Shown here in pieces: positions 16,095 through 24,981 of a stretch of DNA of 64,000 nucleotides. The position numbers were made by a program, and so were the translations under genes. The stretch lies in IMG/VR virus record IMGVR_UViG_3300003321_000927; one strand, given 5' to 3'. The notes beneath the pieces are model-generated. The model saw only the letters and a list, made by a program, of their open reading frames with translations. It made no database searches and was not told the DNA's origin. This stretch comes from a virus. How positions within the stretch are numbered: the stretch's first letter is position 1; each line of letters starts with the position of its first letter.

Positions 16095-16238
16095 CTTCAG
16101 CTTGCTTGATCGCGTCTGCGGCATCGAGCCCGCCAGTAGCGCTGTCCGATCGCCGAGCCGACGCCGATCAAGACGCCCTTGCCGATCAGGATGAGCGCAC
16201 CGAAGAGCATGCTCGGACTGTAGAGGCCGGTCCGGTCG

Positions 16239-16748
16239 CTATTCTGCGGGATAGTACCGCTCGATCAGATCGGAGCAGCCATGGCGCTCGGCGAACGCAA
16301 GGGTCTCAGTCCGGAGGAACTTTCGCTCGATCGGTTGCCGCCGATTGTGGTGCCGCCTGTGCGCTCGCTCGCACACGCACAGGCCGTCGTCCACGTCCCA
16401 GGTGAAGGCGGCGAGCCCGCGTCGACGAAGCTGTTGCTGGGTGACGACGTGATGGGCTTGCAGCGCCCCTTCGCAGACCTCACCCCGGCGAGCGCATACT
16501 TCGCACCCGCGCGCGACGACGATCGTACGCCACACCTCGCTGGCCTGCTGTTCGACCGCCGAACGTTTCGGCTTCGGCCGCGCCTGGATCGCTTTCTTCT
16601 GCTGGAGCGGCTTTCTCTTCTTCGGAGACGACGCTGACTTCAGTCGCATCTTCCGCTTGAGTGGCCCGCCGCGCTTCAGGGGCTTACGACGCTCCACTAT
16701 CGCGCTTTGCCTCGCGCACCGCCCAGGCTCGCGCCGTGCTGATTGCAA
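16239..16748 (-). CDS. HNH endonuclease
   Basis: CEVCARRGEVCEGALQAHHVV...CVCERAHRRHH. The basic N-terminus could instead start at MRLKS (about 16649). Confidence 0.6.
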   Translation of the reverse strand: MQSARREPGRCARQSAIVERRKPLKRGGPLKRKMRLKSASSPKKRKPLQQKKAIQARPKPKRSAVEQQASEVWRTIVVARGCEVCARRGEVCEGALQAHHVVTQQQLRRRGLAAFTWDVDDGLCVCERAHRRHHNRRQPIERKFLRTETLAFAERHGCSDLIERYYPAE

Positions 16749-16917
16749 CGCGGAGCGGGCAGGATGGGCATTCGCAGAATCCAGCCACGTGCCAGGCGGG
16801 ATTCTCCGGGTCGGGATCGCCAGGCTGCTTGTTGTCGACGTGCCGGTCGCCGCACATCCGCTCCTGGTCGTAGAAGCAGCGGGGCCAGGGTTCCCGCGCC
16901 AGGATCTCGAAGATCAC
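16684..16917 (-). CDS. small Cys-containing protein (77 aa)
   Basis: Coding-like ORF. Whether it overlaps the HNH N-terminus depends on which HNH start is used. Confidence 0.3.
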   Translation of the reverse strand: MIFEILAREPWPRCFYDQERMCGDRHVDNKQPGDPDPENPAWHVAGFCECPSCPLRVAISTARAWAVREAKRDSGAS

Positions 16918-17286
16918 GACTCGGTGCCGCCGAACTCCTCCTCGACGGCCTCCTCGATCACTTCGATGATCGACCTCTCCGACTCGAACATCTTGCGTGA
17001 GACATGCACAGGCCTCAGCTCGGGGGCCGGGCCTTCTGCTTTCAAGATTCGCTCATGCCGCTTATGGGCCGCCTGCTCCTTCTGCTTGGCCTGCAAGCAC
17101 ATCCGCGCCAGCGCACACTGACGCGGGTACTTGCAGCCCGGCGGACGGCTGAGCATACCCTGAGGCGCCTCAAAATGCTCGGGTGGCAGCCAGGGGAGGC
17201 CGGAGCAGAGATCGCCGCCGAGACGAGACTGTGGTGCCGCAGGCACGCAGACATCATCCAGCTCTCGTCGGACGGACATGCTCATG
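16914..17286 (-). CDS. hypothetical protein (about 124 aa)
   Basis: ATG at 17286 overlaps the upstream stop (ATGA). The N-terminal MSMSVRRELDD is coding-like. Confidence 0.4.
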
Positions 17287-18793
17287 CCGCAGCCTCCGCC
17301 AGCCGGTCGACCTCGAAGATTTCGTCCTCGACGACGGCGTTCGCGACCGCCTGACGGACTTGCCCTTGCTCGACGATCAGCGCGTCCGTGCCGTTCCGGT
17401 AGCGCTCTCGCACCTCGCGTCGCAGGTCCTCGACCCATTGCCGTGGATCGGCGATGCCCTCGGCGCGGAGGATTGCCTCCGTCTCGCGATCGTGCTCTTC
17501 CAGGTAACGCTGAGCTTGCGCCGTGCCGAGCACCGGCCTGTAGCGCGGCGTTACGTTCGCGATCCGGTCGAACTCGTGCGGCTCATGCCAGAGCATGAAG
17601 AGCTGGGCGATCGTCGTGTCTTCGTCGACGAAGCTGATGTAGTCCTTCTCGCTCGGGTCGGCGAAGAGGTGGATGCAGTAGCTCGCGTCGACCTCGCCCT
17701 TCGCGTCGAGCAGTTCGGCGGTCTTGCCCTTGCGGAGGCGGAAGAGACGGCCGTCGGCGGCAGTGACGAGGAAGCTCTTGGTCGCGAGATAGTCCACCTT
17801 CTGGGCGTCGTCGAGGAGTGAGAGCAGCAAGCGGTGCCCGCGCGTCTCAGCCACCTTGCGCTGGCGCTTGCGACGCAACTCGCGCCACGCTGCGCGCTCG
17901 CGGGCGAGCCGTGTCTCGGTGCAGTGCTCACAGGTGCCCGCACCCTCGCAGGTGCAGGGAGACGGCATCGGCCACCAGTCGAGCGAAGTGAGCCGAGTCC
18001 CGCTCGTCATCCACTGCTGCCACTGATAGGCGCCTGTCCCAGCCGTCCCGTAGTCGAGGTAGTCACCGGCGAAGGTATAGGTCTGCGCGGTTGCGCCCGT
18101 CGTGTAGTCGACGTTGTTCCAGCCGTTCTGGAGATAGAGCGTGTTCGTGTTCGCACTGGTCGTCATGGGGATGCCGTACCAACCGGTGGGCAACCAGCGG
18201 CGCCTGACCTCCTGCTGGTACTCGTTCCACCCCCGCGCGGTGCGTGCCCAAGCCCGAAGGTCAAGATGCGCGGTCTGCTCGTAGCGCTCAATCTGCGAGT
18301 CCGAGTCGCCGAGCCAGCCGGTGCTGCGGCGCGACTGCTCGACGGTGCGGGCGAGCACCTGCGCGAACGCGTTCATCTCGGCGGCGGCTGTCATCGCGGC
18401 CTGAGCGAAGTGCGTCATCGAGCGCGTCAGCTCGGCCACCATGTGTCTGACTTGCCCTTCGAGATGACGACTGACCTCGCGCTCTAGCCGTCGCCTGGAG
18501 TCCTCGTTCTGAAGCTCCTGGGTGGTCGCCGCGATCGCGCTGCGAGCGGTCTGCTCGTCGAACCAGGCGCGCTCGTCGACGAGCACCGTCGTCGGCCCGT
18601 ACATATCTGTGTTGATCGTGACGGAGCAGTTGGGGACAGGAACCGGGGGAGCCCACTGGTTGTAGTAGAGACGCTGGAGACGCTCGGGCGGCCGTTGGGG
18701 CGGCAGCTCGTAGCTCACGCCCTCAGGGATCACAGGACCGACTCCGGCGACCGTCTCTTCTGCGGTCGCCGGAGTCGTTGCCACGCGTGGCAA
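17282..18793 (-). CDS. large hypothetical protein (503 aa), coiled coil plus CTCEGAGTCEHC knuckle
   Basis: Uninterrupted ORF with protein-like composition and no recognisable catalytic motif. Confidence 0.55.
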   Translation of the reverse strand: MPRVATTPATAEETVAGVGPVIPEGVSYELPPQRPPERLQRLYYNQWAPPVPVPNCSVTINTDMYGPTTVLVDERAWFDEQTARSAIAATTQELQNEDSRRRLEREVSRHLEGQVRHMVAELTRSMTHFAQAAMTAAAEMNAFAQVLARTVEQSRRSTGWLGDSDSQIERYEQTAHLDLRAWARTARGWNEYQQEVRRRWLPTGWYGIPMTTSANTNTLYLQNGWNNVDYTTGATAQTYTFAGDYLDYGTAGTGAYQWQQWMTSGTRLTSLDWWPMPSPCTCEGAGTCEHCTETRLARERAAWRELRRKRQRKVAETRGHRLLLSLLDDAQKVDYLATKSFLVTAADGRLFRLRKGKTAELLDAKGEVDASYCIHLFADPSEKDYISFVDEDTTIAQLFMLWHEPHEFDRIANVTPRYRPVLGTAQAQRYLEEHDRETEAILRAEGIADPRQWVEDLRREVRERYRNGTDALIVEQGQVRQAVANAVVEDEIFEVDRLAEAAA

Positions 18794-18796
18794 GGC

Positions 18797-19117
18797 TCAA
18801 CCGCCGCGAAGCTGGGGAGTCAGGAGCATAGACTCAACGTTCGGATCGAACTCCTTGATCTCGCGGCCCTTGTTTCCCTGACCATCAAGGGCGAACGCCT
18901 TGTAGCCCATCTTCTTGACGTACTGGTCGAAGGTCGCACGCGCGTCCTCGACGTCTTCCTTCTTGCCCTTGTCCCACTCGACCTTGCGGTCGCCGTGCCG
19001 TGCCGTCAGCACCTTGATCACCGACGTCGGCTTCGTGTCGCGAGCACGCACGCGCTCCCGGAGCCGCGACGTGATCTCCTCGATCACCGCCACCGGCTCG
19101 TCCATCGTCTGGGTCAT
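18797..19117 (-). CDS. hypothetical protein (106 aa)
   Basis: Charged small protein lying between the 503-aa and 163-aa genes. Confidence 0.5.
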   Translation of the reverse strand: MTQTMDEPVAVIEEITSRLRERVRARDTKPTSVIKVLTARHGDRKVEWDKGKKEDVEDARATFDQYVKKMGYKAFALDGQGNKGREIKEFDPNVESMLLTPQLRGG

Positions 19118-19132
19118 GCAGTCACCCCCTGT

Positions 19133-19624
19133 TTAGGCGGCCTTCAAGAGCCGCGGAATGAAGTCTCGCCCGATCATGCAGCCGTACGTGTCGGCGAGCC
19201 TGAGAGCGAGACCTGGGCCGTTCGCATGGATGACGAACGGATAACCGAACTCCGCGCGATAGCCGTTGACGTGTTCGGCGATCAGACCCCAGATTAGGAC
19301 CTGGCCGACCACGACCCTCTCCTGCTTGAAGTCAGTCTTGTTCGAGACCTGGTTCGCGCGGTTGAGGTCGTCGATCGACTTGTAGCAGTGGATGCCCACG
19401 ACATCGCCGTCCTTCTTGATCGCCTTGTGTGCGGTCATGGGCTTGCCCGGCGTCCACACCGACGACTGCGTCGCCGAGCGCAGCTCAGGGCTCAGATCGC
19501 CCGAGACGTTCCACGAGCGCCAGGCGAGCAGCGTGTTACGCGGCTGCCTGCCCTCGACGAGCTGCTTCAAGTCGACCTTCTTCGCGTACTGCTCAACGCT
19601 AAGCGCTGATCCCGACAGGCACAT
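19133..19624 (-). CDS. hypothetical protein (163 aa)
   Basis: Coding-like ORF. It lies upstream of RtcB in the same transcriptional direction. Confidence 0.5.
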   Translation of the reverse strand: MCLSGSALSVEQYAKKVDLKQLVEGRQPRNTLLAWRSWNVSGDLSPELRSATQSSVWTPGKPMTAHKAIKKDGDVVGIHCYKSIDDLNRANQVSNKTDFKQERVVVGQVLIWGLIAEHVNGYRAEFGYPFVIHANGPGLALRLADTYGCMIGRDFIPRLLKAA

Positions 19625-19814
19625 CGGCTTCCTCCGTTCGCTCGTCCGAAGCTACCACATCCGAGGCGGCGGTGATGAGCCTCGGCTGGAGACCCATCGC
19701 GCGCCGGTTCCGATTGAGCTTGCACTGCTCCGCCCGGCTCAGGTCGTCCCAGCGCCGAGTGCCCCCGCGGCGGTGCAAGAAGACAGCCGTTGTGTCCTCG
19801 ATCAACGCTCCTCC

Positions 19815-21236
19815 TCAGTCTTTGTATGGGTCGAAGGTGTCGGGTCCGGCCATGACGACGCCGATCGGTGACAGCCGGTGTGCGATCTCGATGTTCGGGT
19901 GGTGCGCGAGCACCTCGTCGAGGCGCTTGTAGGCCCCAGGCGCCTCATCCGCGCCCGCGCCGAGCACGACAATCCCCCTCTCGGTCAGAGAGGCTCTCGT
20001 GGCATCCCAATCGATCGCGGCCGTGCTCGCGTCCCGCATCCGCTCCCGGCGCAGCGGAATGCCGCACTGGGGGCAGTGGTTCGAGGGGAAGCCTGTCTTG
20101 TTTCCGGTGCTCGGGATTGGCTCGAAGTCACAGTTGCGGTTCGGGCAGACCCACATCTTCCGCATCTTCCCCGCCGCCTTCGTTCGGCTCATCTGTCGTC
20201 CGGCACCGTGCGGCGCCGAGCCGAGGTTGCCAAGGTCGACGACGCGCCCGTAGAGCGAGTCGAGCATCTGCTCGTGACCCTCCTGCGGATCCGGCATCTT
20301 GCCGCGAACGATGTAGCTGTCGTCGCCCATCGAGCCGCCGATGAAGGCGTAGTCCTCGGTAAGCGGGGTCGCGCCTTTGCGAACGACCCAAAGCTTGTCG
20401 GGGCCCTCCTGCCAGGCGAAGTTGTGGTGGTTGTGGACGTAGAAGGTGGGCTTCGCGCCGAGGATCTCCAGCACCTGGTTGAGCACGTAGTCGCGGCCCG
20501 CGTAGGCGTAGCGCCCAGCGAGCTTCATCGCCTCGATGTAGAACTGACCGAGGTCGCTGTTGGTGGAGAAGACGACCGGATCGTCGCTCTCCTTCACTCG
20601 CTCTGTGAAGGCTAGGCCTTCTGCCGCGGCCAGGAAGCCGGAGGCGATCGTGTGCCCGAGGCCACGTGAGCCGAAGTGGTTCGCGACCCAGACGTAGCCA
20701 TGCTCGTCGACGAGCAGGTCGACGTAGTGGTTGCCGGAGCCGACTGTCCCGAGCTGCTGCGCCGCTTTGTCGTAGAGGCCGACACCGAACTCGTTGATGA
20801 CGTCGAGCCAGATGTTCTGGCCGCGGTCGAGCACCTCGTGATCGAACGGCGTCTCGTTCTTCCGGCCCATGCCAAAGGAGACTTTGCGCTGGATCTCACG
20901 CATGAAAGGCTTGACTCCCGCGTGGATGATCTCGGGCTCTTCTGTCGATGTCTCTGCGTTTGCCTGGCCGACAACGCTGACCAGTAGGTCAGCGAGGCGG
21001 ATATTCGTTCTTGCGCAGGCGTTGCCGCACGCAATGTCGAAGCCAACTCCGTTCGGACTGATCGCCTCCTCGAACGCGACGACACCGCCGATCGGCATCG
21101 AGTAACCCTTGTGATGGTCGGCCATGAGCGCTCCCTTCACGGCTTGTGGTTGGTCGAGCACGTTCTGGATCTGCAGGAGCGAGGCTTCGTCGACGGGATC
21201 GCCGAAGACAGCGAGCGGCTTGGTAGCGACAGTCAT
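19815..21236 (-). CDS. rtcB: RtcB-family 3'-phosphate/5'-hydroxyl RNA ligase with a C-terminal zinc-ribbon insertion
   Basis: Motifs ADHHKGYSMPIGGV, GSGNHY, NHHNFAW, HGAGR and APGAYK in RtcB order. An inserted CPNRNC...CPQCG segment is present. Internal ATG at 21236. Confidence 0.85.
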   Translation of the reverse strand: MTVATKPLAVFGDPVDEASLLQIQNVLDQPQAVKGALMADHHKGYSMPIGGVVAFEEAISPNGVGFDIACGNACARTNIRLADLLVSVVGQANAETSTEEPEIIHAGVKPFMREIQRKVSFGMGRKNETPFDHEVLDRGQNIWLDVINEFGVGLYDKAAQQLGTVGSGNHYVDLLVDEHGYVWVANHFGSRGLGHTIASGFLAAAEGLAFTERVKESDDPVVFSTNSDLGQFYIEAMKLAGRYAYAGRDYVLNQVLEILGAKPTFYVHNHHNFAWQEGPDKLWVVRKGATPLTEDYAFIGGSMGDDSYIVRGKMPDPQEGHEQMLDSLYGRVVDLGNLGSAPHGAGRQMSRTKAAGKMRKMWVCPNRNCDFEPIPSTGNKTGFPSNHCPQCGIPLRRERMRDASTAAIDWDATRASLTERGIVVLGAGADEAPGAYKRLDEVLAHHPNIEIAHRLSPIGVVMAGPDTFDPYKD

Positions 21237-21372
21237 GTGCGAACCAGCCCGATCGAGACGCCGGTCGACTTCGGCTCCTTCGTGCGCCAGAGATGCATGC
21301 CGAGGAAGACCTTCTCCGCGAACAGAAAGCCGATGCGGAATACGCCATCGAGCGTGCCACAGACGAAGCTGA

Positions 21373-21597
21373 TCACGCTGCACGTCCTCTCCGAAGGCGC
21401 TTCGGGACGGCGGCGAGCGAGACGGCCTTTGCGTCCGGCACTAGCTGCGCGAGCCACTCCTTCTGCGTCTTCTGGTCGATGTAGTCGCCCTCCTCTCGCG
21501 CGCCCCAGCCTTCGGCGAGGCGGTAGTCGCCGGTGATCGGCACCCCATGCCGCCGCAAGTCCCTGAGGCGCCGGGCGTTCTTGCGTAGGAAACTCAT
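21373..21597 (-). CDS. hypothetical protein (74 aa)
   Basis: ORF directly upstream of RtcB. Confidence 0.4.
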   Translation of the reverse strand: MSFLRKNARRLRDLRRHGVPITGDYRLAEGWGAREEGDYIDQKTQKEWLAQLVPDAKAVSLAAVPKRLRRGRAA

Positions 21598-21706
21598 CTC
21601 TCGTTCGAGATCTCGGTTGCGGTCGTGGTCATCTTCTTGCCTTTCTGGTGGGAGGGGGAGGTGCCGGACCCCGGCGGGGGAGAGGACGCCGGGGTCCGAA
21701 CTTGGC

Positions 21707-22675
21707 CTACCTCGTCGTCGCGACTACACCGCCGAAACTGGATCCGCCCGGCCAGCAGGAGAAGCCCGCTGGTACGGCGACACCGGCCTTCTGCTCGGCG
21801 TCGAGCCAGTCGATGCAACGCGAGACGAGTACCAGCTCGGAGAGGCCGCCCTTCTGCCGCGCGAGCGCGGCATTCGCCTTCGACTCGGCTGCGTTCGTCT
21901 TCTCGCGCTGGACTGCAATCTGGGTCTGTGCGACCTGTTGCTGGAGCTGGTTGATCCGGTTCTGCGTCTTGTCGTCGAAGTGGACGATCGGGAGCTGTAC
22001 GTTCAGGACCTCGATCAGTGGCTTGCCGTTGATGTCGGTCACCTTCGACTTCATGCCGTTGTAGATCTTCGTCGCATAGCCGGGGAGCGGGTTGCGAGCC
22101 CCTTTGCCGGAGGCGATCGATGCCAGCGGGTTGTACGCGGCGAGCGCCTCGTTCGTCGCGTTGAACAGCTTGCGGTCGACGAGCTGCTTCTCGATGTGCG
22201 AGAACGAGCGGTAGTTCTTGTACAGATAGTCGACCTGCGAGGGATTGACCCTCCACTGGATCGAGACCTCGGCGCAGCCAGTCTGGTTGTTCGCGATGCG
22301 GACCTGCAGGCAGCGCTTGTCGAGGTGATCGAGCGTCTGGATGGCGCCGTCGATCTCGACGACCTTCGTCCAGGGCGAAACCGGCCAGTGCGGGCCCGCG
22401 CCGTAGTGGGTCGTGCCGACCTTCCCGAAGGTGACCGGCACGCCGATCTCCTTCGTGTTGACCCTGCGGAAGGTCGAGAAGAAGAGCGGGATCAAGGCCA
22501 GTACGGCCAAGACGGCGGCGCTAGCCGCGAACCACAGTCGCCACCTGCGGGCGGACTGCATCGCGTAGGTGTTCCGCGTCTCCTGCTCACCCCGGTGCGG
22601 CGGCCAGAAACGGCGTCCGAGCCAGAGCCCCAGCGCGATCAGAAGGAGGATGATGCCGAAGATGAACAAGCCCAT
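21707..22675 (-). CDS. membrane protein with band-7/SPFH (prohibitin/HflK-like) domain
   Basis: N-terminal TM helices, then VNTKEIGVPVTFGKV...IANNQTGCAEVSIQWRVNP...YKNYRS, which is typical of an SPFH beta/alpha core. Confidence 0.55.
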   Translation of the reverse strand: MGLFIFGIILLLIALGLWLGRRFWPPHRGEQETRNTYAMQSARRWRLWFAASAAVLAVLALIPLFFSTFRRVNTKEIGVPVTFGKVGTTHYGAGPHWPVSPWTKVVEIDGAIQTLDHLDKRCLQVRIANNQTGCAEVSIQWRVNPSQVDYLYKNYRSFSHIEKQLVDRKLFNATNEALAAYNPLASIASGKGARNPLPGYATKIYNGMKSKVTDINGKPLIEVLNVQLPIVHFDDKTQNRINQLQQQVAQTQIAVQREKTNAAESKANAALARQKGGLSELVLVSRCIDWLDAEQKAGVAVPAGFSCWPGGSSFGGVVATTR

Positions 22676-22693
22676 GACGGGGGTCCTCTCTGT

Positions 22694-22945
22694 CTACTTG
22701 TCGGGGTCCGTGCGCTGCCAGACCAGCTTCTGGTGGTAGCGGGCGCTGTTGTAACGCGTGTTCGCGTCTTCGAGATGGGTGATCGTGAGCGCGAGATCCC
22801 GCGCCGCCGCGTCGTGCTCTGCACGTGTCTCGGGCGAGAGCGTCAGCGCCTGTTCGCCGCGCGAGCAGGCGGTCGACTCGCTCTTCTTCTCCTGTGCGAT
22901 GGCAAGCGCCGCCGCGATGTGCTCGTTGAATGTGAGGTCGGTCAA
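22694..22945 (-). CDS. hypothetical protein (83 aa)
   Basis: ORF in the - block. Confidence 0.4.
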   Translation of the reverse strand: MTDLTFNEHIAAALAIAQEKKSESTACSRGEQALTLSPETRAEHDAAARDLALTITHLEDANTRYNSARYHQKLVWQRTDPDK

Positions 22946-23187
22946 GCTACTCCTTCTCGTTCGCGTTTGAGTGTCTCGGCGATCGGCTCAGGAAGGAGCC
23001 TCAGGCCGTGCTGGGTGTCACCGGCTACGAGCAGGTGGCGCTCGGGCCGTTCGGTCTCTCCCATCTGCGGCGCGTAGTAGCCGTCGATGAAGGAGACGAC
23101 GACGTCGTCGGCGTACTCCTGGAGCCACAGACGGCCGTTGGCATCGTCAAACCAGAAGCGGCCGATCGTCGTCTTGTCTGGGATCAC
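22942..23187 (-). CDS. hypothetical protein (81 aa)
   Basis: Start/stop overlaps with both neighbours. Confidence 0.4.
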   Translation of the reverse strand: MIPDKTTIGRFWFDDANGRLWLQEYADDVVVSFIDGYYAPQMGETERPERHLLVAGDTQHGLRLLPEPIAETLKREREGVA

Positions 23188-23579
23188 CTTCCGGCGGCCT
23201 CCTCGACTTCGCGATGGTCGACCAGGTCGTGGATCAGCTTCCCTGCGGGCCTTAGCTCCGGAGGCTCTTCGAGCGACTCAGCGATCGATGTGAAGTCCGG
23301 CTTGACCGGAAGCTCCGTCCAGTACCGCAAGAGGCCCGTCAGCGCGTAGCAGAGATTCTTGATCGCGTGCCGCGACCGCCGCTCCTCATGTTCGAGCTGC
23401 ACCGAGAGGTCGATCAGTGCCGTCGAGATCCGTCTGTTGTAGGCGAGGTCACGCCGCTGTCTCGCCATCATCGTGATGATGATTCCCCCCGTGCCCAGAA
23501 TCGCAGCCACGCCGATGGTCACGAGAATCAGAATCGCGATTTCGATGTCGAGCTGCCGGTCTATCCCTACCGCAATCAC
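23184..23579 (-). CDS. membrane protein (about 131 aa)
   Basis: GTG at 23579 forms a GTGA overlap with the VRR-NUC stop. Contains a TM segment ILILVTIGVAAILGTGGIIIT. Confidence 0.4.
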   Translation of the reverse strand: MIAVGIDRQLDIEIAILILVTIGVAAILGTGGIIITMMARQRRDLAYNRRISTALIDLSVQLEHEERRSRHAIKNLCYALTGLLRYWTELPVKPDFTSIAESLEEPPELRPAGKLIHDLVDHREVEEAAGR

Positions 23580-23893
23580 CGCAGAACCTCCTCTACCTGC
23601 TTCCATTGGCTGGGGCGCCAGACGTAAACTTCTACGCCTGGGCACTGCCCGAAGTACGCGAGCCACTTCTCCTGGGCGTCACTGAGACGCCCATGTTCGG
23701 TCTTCAATTCCGCCACCACGATCCGCGGTGGCCGCACGAGAACTAGGTCCGGGAACCCTGGCGTGCTCCTCCGCGAGTCATACGTGTGATACGCGAGCCA
23801 ACGCTGAAGACGCGCAGCGCGAAGGATCGTGTCCTGCCACTTGGCTTCGGACGTTGCAAGCTGGCTGCGAGGTGGTCGACGGGCCCGAGCCAC
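23576..23893 (-). CDS. VRR-NUC domain nuclease
   Basis: PDLVLV...VAELKTEHGRLSDAQEKWL...GVEVYVWRP matches the VRR-NUC core (D, ExK, Q). Confidence 0.65.
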   Translation of the reverse strand: MARARRPPRSQLATSEAKWQDTILRAARLQRWLAYHTYDSRRSTPGFPDLVLVRPPRIVVAELKTEHGRLSDAQEKWLAYFGQCPGVEVYVWRPSQWKQVEEVLR

Positions 23894-23924
23894 TCAGGCA
23901 TGTTCGTCTTCTTCCCGGACAACA

Positions 23925-24185
23925 TCAGCGGTCGCGCCGTCCCGTGAAGTGCTTCATGAAGGCGGCGGCGATGTCCTCCGGCGAGACCTTGCTGAAGATC
24001 TTGCCGAACACCTCGGTGTTCGTCTCCTCCGTCACGAACGCGTCGATCGCCTCGGCGAGGTCGACCACGACGGTCTTCGCCTTCTCGTCACTGGTGATGA
24101 GGCTGTTGTTGATCAGCACCATCGTGACCTCGGACGCGACGCGGACTGATTCCCTGCGCCGCTCCTGCGCCTCGTAGCTGTTCAC
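23925..24185 (-). CDS. hypothetical protein (86 aa)
   Basis: ORF in the - block. Confidence 0.4.
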   Translation of the reverse strand: MNSYEAQERRRESVRVASEVTMVLINNSLITSDEKAKTVVVDLAEAIDAFVTEETNTEVFGKIFSKVSPEDIAAAFMKHFTGRRDR

Positions 24186-24427
24186 GATCCCACCCCCAGT
24201 CCGCGCTTGCGCGCCTCGGCCATGAGCGCCTTCTGGAAGTCCTCCTCGCCGCGCCCGGCCGCGATCTCGGAGATGACCTCGCGGTCGCTCAGGTTCTTCA
24301 TCAGCCGCTCGTAGGCGGGCGGCTTCGCTTCGCCCTTGTACTCGTACGAGTACTGGCTGCTCTTCAGGACGCTGTCGCGGATGCCGACACGCCGCTCGGA
24401 CTCAGTCATGTGCTGTGACCTCGACAT
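24182..24427 (-). CDS. hypothetical protein (81 aa)
   Basis: ATGA-type overlap downstream. Confidence 0.4.
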   Translation of the reverse strand: MSRSQHMTESERRVGIRDSVLKSSQYSYEYKGEAKPPAYERLMKNLSDREVISEIAAGRGEEDFQKALMAEARKRGLGVGS

Positions 24428-24469
24428 CAGTTCACACGCTCCTCTGCGTGGTCTCGGACGACATATCCC

Positions 24470-24981
24470 TTAGAACGGGATGTCCTCGTCGGCGCCGCTG
24501 AAGTCGGCGTCGGATGCCTCGGAGCCGGTGTACGCGGGCAGGTCGTCGGAGCGCCGCTGCTGGCCGCCGTCCGGATGGCTCCAGTCGACGGTCGTACCCT
24601 CCGGCTTGCGCACGCGGACCTTGAAGTTGTGGTACTCGTTGCCGCCGCTCTCGGGCGCTTGCAGACCGAGGTACTTGATCGCGACGGCGTCGCCGATCGC
24701 GACGCCTTCCCGGCCGAACTGCGAGGAGAGGACGCGTGTCAGCCAGACGGTGTTCTTCTGGTGCGTCGTCGGGTTCTCCAGCACGGCGATCCGCTGCTGC
24801 TGCTGGACGCCGTCGCGCTGGAAGGTCGCGAGCCTCATTGCCTTGACGACGCCGACGATCATCGCCCCGTCGCCCGCCTCCTTGAAGTTCCAGCTCGGCG
24901 GGTAGTCCTCCTCCAGCTCGCCCATCATCTCCCGTTCGAGCTGGGCGAAGTACTGCTCGTCGCTCAGTCGCTGCTGTGCCA
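24470..24981 (-). CDS. SSB-like protein with acidic C-terminal DEDIPF tail
   Basis: Internal ATG at 24981 (MAQQRL). The C-terminus ...SGADEDIPF matches the hallmark SSB tail. Confidence 0.5.

Noticed and set aside
21233-21457. 74-aa - ORF between rtcB and its upstream small gene.
   Set aside because: Composition is borderline, and it overlaps the RBS region of rtcB. It is possibly a small membrane peptide, but the support is weak.
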